The notes under the pieces are model-generated. The model made no database searches, was not told the DNA's origin, and worked only from the letters and a program-made list of their open reading frames with translations. Source: Amoeboaphelidium protococcarum X5 (Eukaryota > Fungi > Aphelidiomycota). Taken from it: DNA of 64,000 bases. The stretch is from NCBI GenBank assembly GCA_023515725.1, contig JALDTO010000164.1:124001-188000 (forward strand). Reading direction: 5' to 3'. Below, piece after piece: positions 27,086 to 40,796 of this stretch. Every line of letters starts with the position of its first letter. Position 1 is the stretch's first letter. The translations under genes were made by a program, and so were the position numbers.

Positions 27086-27994
27086 ATGGGTTTGATACAT
27101 AGACCAAAGAAACTGGACCGCCTCTGCGTAGTGCATGATCTGCGTTGTGTGATGGAAAATGATAATCTATTGCGCGATAACATGGATGTGATTTTAAGGA
27201 CCCCGAGACGCGTCAACAGACATTTTACTCGTCCGCGTCCACCTAGACAGTCGGTTAGTCACACTCTGCCTATTGAGGGCATTGAAACAATGCATCTACA
27301 CGATACTGAGGGTGATGAAAATGTCCACTAAGAAGATACGGACTTTAGCGAATATCCTCGCTTTACCTTTGGTGAAATCTTAAATTTCGATAATCTGATT
27401 GAGACTTACGATTAGTAGCATTGCATGATTAATTAGGCTGTGTCCATTGGAGAGTATAGAGAGAGAATAGCGCGAATGAGAGCTGATCATTCATAGCCAG
27501 ACGCGGATGAGCTTCGTCAAAGATCTGATTTTGAGTCGATATTATCATCGATAATTTTTAGGCCTAGCCCAGAAGTCTTGAATGGGTTGATTAACTCTGT
27601 AAAGAAGTCTTGCCGTGTCGGTGATATCATAGATGTTTGTGGATATCGCGGCAATGGCTACTACTACGTGGCCAATGTAGATCCTGACAATAACGTTGTG
27701 GAGGCGTATAAAACTTTGGGTGATTACGGATGCCACTTACCTCATTAGGCCTGGGATATAATTGAGAGGTATGGGGAAAACTATTTTCAATCAGCTGACG
27801 TGTGGGCTTGTTTCCTACCAGTCGACACTCGTATAATGATGCACAACGCTGCCGGTGTATAAGAAGAGTATTCAATCCACAGCGAAAATAGCGTAATGTT
27901 CTCCTGGCTACATTAAAATGAACAAGTCGTTATTAACGGCCGTACATATCGCGGTAAAATTGGTCTCTCCACTAACTCTGTCTCCAGGTTATGA
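27086..27994 (+). CDS. Hypothetical protein (~302 aa) ending in SRL
   Basis: Open in code 6; contains GDIIDVCGYRGNGYYY...LGDYGCHLP; C-terminal SRL*. Confidence 0.65.
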
Positions 27995-28350
27995 TCATCG
28001 TCCTCTCCGCATTTCCACATGGTGTCCACCGTGATTCTCAGTAAGTTGGATCAATCAAGTCGTAAAAACATTAATTGCTTTATTCAATGATGAAGTAAAT
28101 ACATTTAAGATTCTAGATGAATTTTAATTCTTCATTTAGCTGTCCATTTAAAGCATCTAACCAATAATTCAGGGTCAAAGGTGAAAAATCGCGCCATGAT
28201 ACTTGTATTCCGACCGTTTGGTTCGAAGTCAACAACTACCGCTTGATTTAATGACTAACAAGGTCGGCTCTCGAACAATCAATCAATTATATTTTTTTTC
28301 CTTTTCAAGTGTGAAATTTCGTACCTTTGCCTTGAAACAGAATTCATACA

Positions 28351-30212
28351 ATGTCTGCTACTACAAAAAATTGTCCACCTAATCCGGCGCCTTCATGGGA
28401 AGATATTAAGAAGAATGATACCATAATATACATCATCCATGGTAAGCTCAATTCGATTGTGAAGTATAGCCGAATGGTTCAACCTCGAATTTTTGTGTAG
28501 GAATGGGATAGCGATAACACAAGTACTTTACAAATATTGGCATCCTGAAGAGTAATGCTAATGAGATTTTGACAGCGATCAATTACGAGCATAAGTTGGA
28601 TAATGCTAGTCAGGACCTGTTGATTGATAACAAGATTCACTTTGTACCTATTGAGTGGCATTAGAAGATGCACGATTTGGATACTGTTGATAAGCGGATG
28701 CGATTGATCACTTTGCCAACTGTCCCGCTGATGCGCATCATAAATAATGATTATCTGGGCGATATTGTGTACTTTACTACAAAGACTCACGGCAAAGCAA
28801 TCTATGAATTTTGTGTCGAGTAAATCAATCAGCACTATCAGACTCTTCTACAAAAGATCCCTGACTTTAGTGGCAAAATTATACTGCTGGGACATTCTCT
28901 TGGTGGAATTATAGGCTATGATATTCTATGTCGCTAGTATCAGTTTTTTGATCAGGATAATGAGGATGTCGATAGTTGTGCTAATAAAGAAGGACTTGAA
29001 AGTATGTACAATCCTCAGTTGGATCAATAGCTTTGTGTTAAACCATCGGCATTTGTCACACTTGGTTGCCCATTAGCTGCAATGTTGGTCATGAGGACGC
29101 AGTATCCTTCCACTTATGGACTTCCTGATGGAATTGTATATAATAACATTTTCCATCCATACGATCCGCTAGCGTATAGATTTGAGCCGTTAGTAGACTC
29201 CCGTTTTGCTGATATCGAGCCCGTCCTTGTCGATCATTTTAACAGTCGCAAGTTCTAGTTGTATCTGAAAGGATAGTATAATGATTTGGTAGTGCCACTA
29301 CTGCCCGATTTCAGTCAGGTAAGACTGCCAGTGTTGAGCATACCAAGGCTGGGGGGAATTATTGCTAATAGTGCTCTGCGATCAACAATGAATGGTGATG
29401 TTTTCAATTCTGCCAAGGAACTCATATACACCATGTTTTAATACATGCACTGGTTGGGTGGATTGAGTATATCTGACACATTTTAGACACCTTATGCAGA
29501 GCTGAATTTGGCTGATGCTTTGATGGCTCGAGAGAGCTCATCCGTTTAGACTGATAGAACTAAACGAGTTAGGATTGCACATGATGACTAATCTAATGAT
29601 CACCGCCGCCGTCATTAATACTCTACTAGGTCAAGCAAGCGGTTGAGACGTTCATCGTCGTCTGTTGAATTGGAATAGTAGCAAAATTCTAATCAGAATC
29701 GGCTACGAGGAGACTCCATTACTGAAGTTTAACCATCTGCTAAACCTTCTGCTAGCCACCCTCTTACGGACGGGGAAGTTCTTGCTGAAGAAGAAAAGTG
29801 GGAATCTGAGTTGGAGTCAGAGTATGAGCATAATATGCACAGAGGACGTGGATAATAGCTATTGGACACGACCACTAATGTTGCGTAGTAATTTGCACAG
29901 AGTATTCTCAGTGTCATGAGGCAGAGCGCTCGCGATAATGTTGAAGTTGAGGATTCCACGGTTGCATCTCTGCACGCTGAGGATCTTTTAAATGAAACTG
30001 AATCTGAAGAGCCTAGGTATACGGATTAAGAAGAGACAGGCTAAAAGTAATCAGAAGTCCCGGACGTTAAAAGGACTGATTTCGTTCTGAGAATTAATCT
30101 GCTAGAGAATGTGTCTCATGAATACATTGCTGGTCTACCTGCTCACTTCTCTTACTGGAGTAACAAGGATGTCGCATTTCACATTATAAATAGCTTCCAC
30201 AGAAATTAGTGA
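28351..30212 (+). CDS. DDHD-domain phospholipase A1 (intron 28442-28500)
   Basis: IIYIIHGMGQ (spliced), LGHSLGG lipase motif, GCP, NIFHPYDPLAYRFEPL, AHFSYWSNKDVA. Confidence 0.9.
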
Positions 30213-30306
30213 TGTAAATATACTACTAAAACTGCTAGTCTTTATTTTAAATTTGTTCATATATTATGTCTATACATTCATTCAAGTCTACAAGCAGTAG
30301 TCACTC

Positions 30307-33117
30307 TCACTACTACTATTCTTCTGCGTGTATGAGATCAGCTAATCTGCCGTAAGACTTATCCTGTAGTAAAACATTCATCTTCTGACCACACTTCTCC
30401 ACTTCATTATCACAATCTTGATACCTCGAGAGATGGGCACACAGGTAGCCAAAGTATTACCTCAGAAAATCGACTGCTCCAGTAGATTCAGAGACTTTGA
30501 CATCGTCTATGGAGATATAGGAGGAGGTTTTCCGCTTCAAAGAGACACGATGAGATTTCTCTGTCAATGGCGTTCTATCAGACTTTCTATGAGGAGAAGA
30601 AGAAGAAGAAGAAGCAGCTGGGCCATTGCCATTATCACTATTAGACTTCCCATTCTATCCTTGTGATGGAGAATGCTGAGATTGGAGCTTGGCAAAATTT
30701 TTATATCCGCATGACTGATGATCAAAGAACTTCCTACTGTGATTGTAGATATCCGAGAATGCACTGAAAGGGACGTATTTTGACTTGCCTTTCATTTTCA
30801 AATTGACAATCATCCTCAACTACAGCACTGCAGGCAGCAGATATGGAATGTAAGGTGGTGTGGCCTTCATCAACTCGGCTTGATACGCGTCGAACTACTT
30901 GTAACTGCCAGCAATGTCCATATCGAAAAATTACACCAGGTCCTGCAGTTGATCATATGATGATTTCTTAATACACCGAAGTGTACTATGTAGTTGGAAC
31001 ACATTAGAATTAACGATGCCCACCAGAATGCTTGAGGCTGTAGCATAATTGCAAAGCTGCTTACAGCATGAGGCTACCTTTACAAGACTCGATATTCTCT
31101 GTGCTCGAACTTGAGCATTTTCTCCGGCAAACACAATTGTAGAAGTCCAAAAGCTTAGCATAGATTACCATTAACAGTATTTGTCCAAGAGATTCAACGG
31201 ATGTCCTGATATGGTACGAAAGTTGGACTCGAATTGTGCTATTTACTCATCCTTCTATACGAACAGCACTGATAGATAAGAGAATGTGTTCAAATGCACA
31301 AGTTTCCACTACTCTTCCTCTAATAGTGTCAGATACTCGGCAAACTGCAGAGGATCATATCTCTCCAGAACATTGTGATAGTTCCACTGATGCCTGAACA
31401 ACTGCAGCTCATTAGTGGAGGATATTGTGTCCTTGATCGGCATTTCAATACATTTCACATATTCGGCCAGTATCCTCTACTGCAAAGCATTGGCAGATGT
31501 AAGCTCAAGTTATCTATTTCTGAGAGCCTCCTTCACGATAAGAGCTTCTGAATAGAACGCGTCAGAATCATTCGAAGTGCCAGATTCCAAGTTTTGGACA
31601 AAGTCATTTACTCTCTACAAAAGTGTCGGATCCTCCGCGAATTCATGCCAATTACTTTGAATCCATTTCAACAGGAAGCGTATAGCATTAGCTCGTACTT
31701 CTGGAATGTGCTTTTCGAAGTATTGAGCTCTCTGCTTCTATTACTGCTCCTACAATCTCTTTTGCTCGCGCTCATTCAGCACAGGTTCTTGCTTCCTTGT
31801 ATTATTACCATTATTTTGCTACAAGTCATCAAGTATCTGCTGTTAATTGTCTCCCTTGCTAATAGAAATCCTTGGGCCAGTGTTACCAGCATTGCCAGAT
31901 ATGGACATTCGACCGGGAGAATTATTGGCAGATCTTGACTGGGATTTCAACGTCATGTCCTGGACTGATGGCGCAGGTACTACTCTAAAGTATGCAATAA
32001 CATAATCTAGAAGCTTATGAGGAGTCATAAAAAATCGATAAACCTTGAGAAATACTTCCAGAGTAACTTTATCTTCGCGTCGAGGATTGAGCAAGTGGCT
32101 CATCAAATCACTCTCACTGGCGGTAAATATTTACTTTACAGACTTATCAGCGTTAAGTTCCATTTAAACAGTGGATGGCGGATGTGCATCAGTTGGAGCT
32201 TTTAGTTGGTAGCTATCTGGAACTTTATGCTGATTGTTTATAGAAGATGATGCATTTTATAAGTCAGGCTTATTATCTTCACGGTTCATGGTCGCTCCTT
32301 TACCACCAGACTTTATAACAAATTCACGTATAGCAAGAGCCATTTCGTAGCCTTCATGAGATTAAGAGTTGTATCTAGCTAAATTGAAGAGCTAATAAAA
32401 ACCAGGCTAATAGGTAGGAGATATATGCTTCAACTACATTGCAGTCTCCAAAATCCAAAGCTCTTACTCATCAGCGTAAGAAATGTTATCCAGATCTTCA
32501 TCAGTGGACAACCTCTGTAAAGCAGTCAGCGCGTAACTAGAATTATTCATTTTACGGAGAGCTGCAGCAAATGAGCTTCCACTTGCTGATTTTTGGGAGA
32601 GCGTGGATTTCAATGATGATCGATGTGATTAAGCTTTACTCAGACTGCTACTAGGACGCGCAGTGGATGTCTTTTATGCTGGTACAATTTCATTAGATTA
32701 TTACGCCGCACTAGAAGTTGGTTATACTTGAACACTAACGGGCTTAGTCTGCTATTATTATTCCAGTGTCGGAGTTTAATCAATAGGACTTACAACGGCG
32801 ATGGCAGAGACAGGAGATTAAACCAGTTGTGGAATAGAGTCCTGATCAGATCTAGAATCTATCACTAAATTATCTTAAGTTGCAGAGTCCGGAGATTTAG
32901 AAGATTAATTTTAACTCTATTCGGTAGCACTTTCCACTGCAATGCTCAATGATAATACATCTGGAATAACAACGCTTTGATTATCACCTCCTTTTTACAG
33001 CTTCCCTTAGCCATTGCATTTGGGACAATCTTCGCACCATAAACAGTTTTCATTTTCATGCGCAAATGCATCTGCCGTATGAAGCCGACCATGGCCTTTA
33101 CAATCTGAGCAGTCCAT
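30307..33117 (-). CDS. RasGEF (REM + CDC25) protein with an N-terminal Cys/His zinc-binding motif (~936 aa)
   Basis: REM motif VFLKVYRFFMTPHKLL; CDC25 motifs FAEYLTL, LSFWTSTIV, RAQRISSLVKVA..C.QLCNY, PPYIPYL; N-terminal CSDCKGHG..CPKCNGQG. Confidence 0.85.
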
Positions 33118-33374
33118 AAATAAATATTTTTATAAACACTTAATTTTGCTCAACTAATAGTACTTTCTATACCAAAATTGGTTCAAACAGTTGAAACTCT
33201 ATGGAAAGTTGGTTGCTAAGTGTTGCGTGCACTTGACAACGAGCTGAGCAAGTGTCTAATGTCTCAGCATTCGTTGTTGTCAAGACGCAGTCTGAACTTT
33301 CAAAAGTAAAATCAAGAGTCTTTAAACACAATATATCATTATTTACATTGAAGCATGATGTAAATCAACATTAA

Positions 33375-35114
33375 TCATTGGGATCCGGCGATAGAGACGT
33401 GAATGTCACCATATGGAGCATACTAATCCAGTTCAAACTCTCCACGCGTCTTAATCATGAGGTTGTAAAAAACCTCAGCCACCACTTCACGAGCAGGATT
33501 GATGGGCAGAAAGTCAGTCAGACGCGTATTGTCAAAGTTCTGAATTATGTCATATGCATAAGCTCGGAATCTTAGAGCTCCTTCGTCAAGCGAACTCTGC
33601 TACCCATTGCTAAAGGACTGAACGTAAGAGACGTCGAACGACATTGGTCCGCCAGCCAAATTCAGCAAAGTACTTCCACCAGAAGAGTATTTGGATTGAT
33701 TAGATGACACTGAATTCTTCTTACTTCCTAATTGCTTTTGCTGCAGCGCGTCACTATATCCGGTAAATGTCGACACCGGGATAGAGCTGATATCGGTGAC
33801 TTCATGGCGGCGGACTTCATTGCCTAATTAAATAGAGCCATAAGAATCAGCCCCCACAGAATACCAAGGCGCGCGGCTTTACTCATGTACAACGCTACTA
33901 CCTAAATGTCCCGCATTGCGCACATTTTCAACTTCTTCTGAATGAAGAGGTATATTATAGTCAATTTGAAAATCCGACTGACGATTGTGAGACTCTTGGT
34001 TATTCATCTGATCCATATTAATGTCAGGGAGTCTAGATGAGACATCAAACTCAGCCAATTTTCCAGCAGGTAAAGCAGAACGTAATGTAGTTAAACACTT
34101 AAACAGACGGTTAGTTGTGAATCCTTAACGTGCAACGTGAAAATCACCAATGTTGAGTTCAATGTGCTTGTCCAGGCCGATAATCTTCTTCCTGACAACT
34201 TTAGCCTTCTTAACTTTTTGTTCATGTCCAGGTTCGACGTGTAACTATTCAACGGGAAAAGCAGCAGGTGAACGTTTAGTGGCGGAAGACACCTTGGAAG
34301 CACTTTCAAGGACAGAGTTTTTAAAACTTTCAATCATGTAATTATCAAAGTTTGACACAGAAGGCTGATCGTCATTCGATAGACAACCAAACGTAGCACT
34401 CTGAGCAATGGATCCAACGTCAAGCTAAAACTTGTCCAAGAAGTTGTCAGAATAGACAGAGTAATTACCGGCACCAGAACCGCTAATCATCGCTATTGAA
34501 TGCGGCAGAGACATGGCAGACAGTTCATCTTCCTTCAGCAATGTCGAATCTCTTTCAGAAGAGTATGCAGCCACAGATTTAGGCTTTGCGAAACGTGCCA
34601 TCTCAACTTCAGTAGCCGCAGCATCACCTGCCCCTTACGTAAACTAAACCAGCTAGTCATGACGCTTGAGCCAACCGAATCCTTCCAAGTTAGCATTTCC
34701 ATTTGAGGATATCAGACTAGTGGGAGCATCTTGGTCAGAGTTGAAATTGTGAAACGTTGTTTGAGGAATAGAAATGCCGCCGTGCGTGATCGCGTCAAAC
34801 TTGGCTTGAGGCACCACCAACGTCTGGACAATATCTTCATTGTAAAAGGTTTTGCGCATAGTCTGCAATGTAGTCTGGACATCGTTTTGGAAGTATTGAA
34901 CCTGTAATTGATATACACGAGATATACCATACATCAAGGTGCCAGAGAGACGCAATGCCAGAGGTTCAGGCGGGTGACTTACATAAGAGCACGCGTCCTT
35001 GAGATCAACATGAACGTAATCCTTCTTCTTGGAACGAGAATTACATGCAGCTAGCCAAATCAAACCAATATTGTGACCAGTATTCTTTCCCAAGAAGTCG
35101 ACAGAGTAGAACAT
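33375..35114 (-). CDS. REC8: Alpha-kleisin cohesin subunit, probably meiotic Rec8 (~579 aa)
   Basis: MFYS..L...IGLIWLAA and LALRLSGTLMYGISRVYQLQ (Rec8-like); C-terminal winged helix AEVFYNLM...QYAPYGDI. Rad21 is not excluded. Confidence 0.75.
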
Positions 35115-35361
35115 TATAATGTGAAGTGATTATCCAAGTTGGAATTAATAGCATACTTTGGAAATCAAGATCAGCCAGTGCAGGAGTTTCTAATCATAAC
35201 GGATCTGTTTCAAATCACTTTAATAGCCAAAACAGGAAATTGACTCGCAGTAATTAAGGCGCGAAACTGCGAATCTCATCATCGTCTCTCGTCCATCGGC
35301 AAAGTGTCGTCATTCGCTGTCACATTTAAGACAAGCATCTTCCACTATATAACATCAAAAT

Positions 35362-36708
35362 ATGGCGAAAGTGTTATTATTTGTGTACGATTTATCGATG
35401 GGATTGGCTAGATAAATGAGTATGGCTTATATGGGAACTTAAGTTGATGCAATCTATCATACCAGCGTGGTCGTGTTCAATACCGAGTGGTGGTTCGGCG
35501 GTGGTATCAGTAATAGTCGGCCTTACTCATCTCCGCATGGAAGGCCTATAGAAGTTGTGGACATGGGCGAAACCCATATAGATGCTGATACATTTACAGA
35601 TTATCTGAACGAATTGCGTAAAGTGTGGACAGCCGACAAGTATCACCTCCTCAATAACAATTGTAACAACTTCACTGATACGGTGTGTCAGTTTCTGGTT
35701 GGAAAAGGTATACCATCGCGGATAACCTCACTGCCATCAACCTTTATGAATAGTCCGCTTGGAAGGTAGTTGACGCCTATGATTAATCAGATGTTTGGCC
35801 AAGGTTATCGGTAGAATTCTGCAGAGGAGATGTCTGTCGAAAGTGTCGATGTCCTGACTAAGTAGGCTGTCAAAATTAATTCCGCATAACAGAACAAGCA
35901 GCTTATAGTGTTCTCCGAAGGTAACGCTCAGGCTATCGGCGGTAAGGTTAAGAGCGGATTGGCGGAATCTCCCGCAAGTATTGCTGTCGTTGATAAACTC
36001 GTGTCGGCTTCTAAAGGAAGATCGACCATTAAAGTTGAAACTAGTCAAATTCTGTAATTGCTCTAATTATGCCAACCAGAGGTAAAGTTTGCTTTGTATG
36101 ATTTACTGAGACTATACATAGCAAAGTCAGGATCTACTCACATCGATCTTACACCTGTTTTAGAAATGGCTATCAAAGACGTCTCTTGTAAGAACTTGAC
36201 CACCTTGGCTATGATTTTGAGACTTTGTGCCAATGTGGTCGCGTCAAGTCAAAATACTAATTAGAGCATATAAACTGTAATAACTAGAATTGTAACGCAG
36301 ACTTTGTAAGGACTGTAAAATGACTTCGGATCATTGAGGCTATCTGAAGCTTTGTCGGCGGCCTTGTTCAATCTCTGTCACACCGATCCTTCTAATGATG
36401 AAGATCTGACAATGGAGCTCATTACTGCTTGTATTCACAGTCTCAACACGTTGGTACTAGTGGATTTCAAGACGCGCTCATTAAATGATCTGCACATATC
36501 AACAGTAAACTACATCCGCATGATTGAAGGCTTGGAGAATTATTTTCGCTATCTATCACCACAAGTAAAAGAGCTGGGGAGCGTGTTGGCAGCTGAGTTG
36601 TTTTAAAATTGGCATCTGGACTAGATTGATTGCAGGGATGGAGACATCAGGACCCTCCAATTAAGAATCGAAGACATGTACAACACCTTAACCGTGATTA
36701 AAAAGTGA
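35362..36708 (+). CDS. PPPDE/DeSI isopeptidase with a PUL-like C-terminus
   Basis: VLLFVYDLSMG, AIYHTSVVV, YHLLNNNCNNFT catalytic motif, followed by a helical armadillo-like region. Confidence 0.88.
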
Positions 36709-36892
36709 ACTTTGTTTTGAAATTGAATTTTATAGTTTCACCTCTCCGAAATAGCAATCGAATTGAAAGTTCTGATTGGTTTGGCTGACTCAGCGTTTTT
36801 TCGCCTTGGCTACAGCTTAAATCCCTCAGCGCTCTTCTGTCTGTCTTGTTGATATTTAAAATTCTAGCCTTTCATGATAAAAGATTGCAGAA

Positions 36893-39800
36893 ATGGCGCA
36901 AGACACTGATGATAGTAAGCCGATTAATAAAAATCTTGTTAAGGTGCGACTTAATGTGGGCGGTATGACGTGCCAGTCGTGTGTGAACAGTGTGGAGAAG
37001 GGCGTGAGTGCCGTGCAAGGCGTCAATAATGTTTCAGTTTCACTTTTGACGAATCGGGCGGAAATTGAGATTGACAGCACAGTTACTAGTAGGCAGAAGA
37101 TTGTGGAATGTATATAAGATTTGGGATTTGAAGCTGACCCTATTGATGATAAGCCAGTAAATAATGATAGCGATGGAGATTCTTCAATGTCTGCTGATCT
37201 TCTGATTGAAGGCATGACTTGTACGAATTGTGTGTAATCAATAGAGCAGAATATTATAAAGGTAGATGGAGTCACTAATGTGGACGTATCGCTTTCTCTG
37301 AACAAATGTCATATCGTATTTGATCCACACAAAATTGGTGTGAGATAACTGGTTGGCAAGATTGAAGATCTTGGTTTTGAGGCGTCTATTGTATAGTAAA
37401 ATGAAATACCATTGAGTGTCTAGGTGTCTTCATAACACGCCAAAGAAGCTTAATAATGGAAAACTTAATTATTTCAGTGCCTCGCTTTCTCAATACCAGA
37501 ATTAGCTATTGGACACTTTCTGCTTTACTTTGCTCCTCTCCGAGATATTTTGTTCTGGCAAGTGATATTCCCTGGACTGCATCTATTATCGGTACTGGAG
37601 CTGCTACTTACTATTCCGATCCAATTCCATTTTGGCAAACGCTTTTACAAGTCTGCGTACAAGTCTCTATCAAATGGCAATGCTAATATGGACGTGCTCA
37701 TTGTCCTTGGTACCAGCTGCGCTTTCTCATTCTCGATATTCGCCATGTGTTACGCTGTAGCTTTTCCCAAGCAATTTCTCATGGCCCCTCCCATGACATT
37801 CTTTGATACGTGTGCCATGGTAATATCTTTTGTCATGTTTGGCAAGTATCTTGAGAATATCGCCAAGGGTAAGACTTCAAGTGCACTCTCGCAAATGTAC
37901 AATATGAAGCCAGATTTCGCGTATTTGGTGACCGATTATCAGATGGACAATCAGAAAGAAGAGAAAGTGGCTGCAGGTATGCTTCAAGTTGGAGATACCG
38001 TGCGCATTTATCCTGGATAGAAAGTGGCCGCTGATGGCTATCTCCTGTCAGGATCATGTTAAATTGACGAATCTGTCATCACTGGTGAATCTCTGCCTTT
38101 ATTGAAATAGGCTGGAGATAAAGTTATTGGTGGTTCTGTCGTTTTGAGCACTTTTAATAACTCCTCCGTGTATGTACGTGTATTGAAGGTGGGCAATGAC
38201 ACGGCGCTTTCTTAGATTATCAAGTTGATTGAAGATGCATAGTCGAATAAGCCAGCGATTTAGACATTTGCAGATGCTGTATCTGGTTACTTTGTGCCTG
38301 CCATTATATCTCTGTCGTTTATCACATTCATTGGTTGGATTATTGCATTGAGTGGGGCGGACCTTTAGGATTCTTAATCCATTGCATACCGACTGATTGC
38401 GACCAGTCATATGATGTCACACGGCGGAGGAGATGGTTCAATGGAATCTCATCACTCGTCGAACGCCACCTTTCTGCATCAACAATCTACAATGCAATCC
38501 CAGTTTAATGACAAAGCTGTGGACGGTGCTCCTGCTTTTCTAGCCGTGTTCTTTGTTGCGCTTCGAATTGCCATTTCCGTGATTGTTGTCGCGTGCCCTT
38601 GCGCTCTTGGTCTGGCGACTCCCACAGCTGTCATGGTGGGCACTGGAGTATCCGCAAAGTATGGTATCCTGATCAAAGGAGGATAGGCATTGGAAGCTGC
38701 TAAAGCTGCTACTCATTACATTTTTGATAAAACTGGAACTCTTACGCGCGGCAATCTGAAGTTGGCCAAAGTGCTGTATGACAATGTTGAAATGCTGGGC
38801 CAAGAGATGGTATTGAAAGTGCTCGCTGTCGCCGAGTCAGAGTCTTCTCACCCAGTGGCACGAGCTTTGAAGTAGCACCAAGAATAGAAAGAGCATGCAG
38901 GTGTTGGTGGTGGGATTACCGAGAAACATATAGCTCGCGTATTCGGAACAGATATGTTGGGTGGATACAAAGTCAGATAATTATAGTTTACTGTAGATCC
39001 GTTCGGAGTAAAGTCTGATATATCTATTGAATCAAAAGATCAAGATGCTATATAGTTACATGTCTCTGTAGGATTTGGTAATGGAACTCAGACTTCTTAA
39101 TCAGATGCAGATGAGTCGTCCTCTATGCATAATGACAGTGGCTAGTTAAAGGTGCCTTTCACCATAAGCTGTGACAATGAACACGGCGGGAAATAGAAAG
39201 TGTCAGGCAACTTATACTTTGAAGATGAAGTTGTTCAGGATGCTGCAGAGGCGGTCAAAGTATTACAAATGCAAGGCAAGACTTTGTACATGATAACAGG
39301 CGACAACTGGACTACAGCCGCTGCAGTGGCATAAAAAGTTGGAATAAGTTCTAGTAATGTCTTTGCCAACGTGTCGCCAGCTGGTAAGAAGGATTTATTG
39401 GAGGCGATCTAAATGGGCAATGAGAATCAGTTCCGGGATGGAGATTATAATCACACTCCAGCTGTTATGGACGTAAGTGATGATAATGATGCTGCTGTGC
39501 GCACTCAGTCTAATGAACACACTAACAAGGCTTTCACACCACGTTATTTACTAAGTCAAGTTCGAATGTTGTGGAGTTATGTTAAGTATGGATCATCACA
39601 CAGACTGTATGAAAATCTGGAAGCTGGTGTCCTATCCAATTCACTAGAAGGTGGTATGAAGCAGGGGAGTAATAGAATAGTCGCTATGGTGGGTGATGGC
39701 GTCAATGATTCCATTGCACTCGCGCAAGCTGATGTAGGTATAGCCATGTGTTCAGGCACGGATATTGCCATGGAAGCTGCAGACATAGTCCTAATGAACA

Positions 39801-40102
39801 CTAATAATCTACTGTAGATCCCTCTGGCAATTGATCTGTCTACAAGCATCATCAGGCGGATTAAGATGAATTTCGTATGGGCATTCGCGTATAACATCAT
39901 CACACTTCCATTTGCAACTGGTCTGATGTTCTCCACCACTGGAGTAATCCTTCATCCAATAATAGCCGCCGCTCTGATGGCTCTCAGCTCAGTCTCTGTC
40001 GTTGTCTCTTCCCTTATGCTCAAGACGTACAGACCACCTTAGTACTTGAACAAGAAGTAGAGCGCTCAAGAACTCTTAGCTAATAATGGCATTGAAAATT
40101 GA
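36893..40102 (+). CDS. CCC2: Copper-transporting P1B ATPase (~1069 aa)
   Basis: Two GMTCxxC metal-binding domains, [40 protein letters not shown] and MALSS motifs. Confidence 0.97.
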
Positions 40103-40193
40103 TATCGCTATTCTTGATTTAGATTGCAATGTATGTATACTTCATTCATCTACTGTATCGAATCATCATCTTCATTTAAACAATGTAATAATT

Positions 40194-40649
40194 TCACTTC
40201 TTTTTCTATTTAACCACTCGCCGTACCTTTCGCTCCTTTACAATGTTGGCGCCGCTCACCATCTTGTCATCTTGAACTTTCTAGCCTTTAGTGCTTTTAA
40301 AAGATCCAAAGCCTAGTAATCTCTCCATAGACAGCGGTTCATCCGCATCATCAACACCATTCTAATTATCAATATCCATCGCTATACCTTAATCTTATAG
40401 CTTCTTGTTTGCTATAGCGTTCGCCTTTAACCTTGCTTAAGCATCATTAGTCTAATATTTTTATGGCTCTATGCCATCATCATCATGTTCCTATTTTCTT
40501 TTGCGACTCTACGCGGATTTAGAAGATACTGCTGCATTAGCACTCTATTATTTCTACCGCTCTGTATGAGGTTATTACTAGCTAGATTAACTCTGCTATA
40601 GCTATTATCTATTTCGATGCACACTAACTGCACGTGGAATATGTTTCAT
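40194..40649 (-). CDS. SNRNP27-like U4/U6.U5 tri-snRNP protein (divergent)
   Basis: C-terminal MERLLGFGSFKSTKGQKV...ANIVKERKVRR matches the SNRNP27 domain. Confidence 0.65.
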
Positions 40650-40796
40650 TTCAATTCAATATAACGCTTTCTCTCGTTCAATGAGTGTAGACAGTTAGAG
40701 CGTTTAGACGCGCGCTATTCCCCTTTAACTTGACGCGCTTTGTCAGAACAACGTTCATCCGCTGTTCTAATCAAACTAGATGAGAGACTACTGTAC

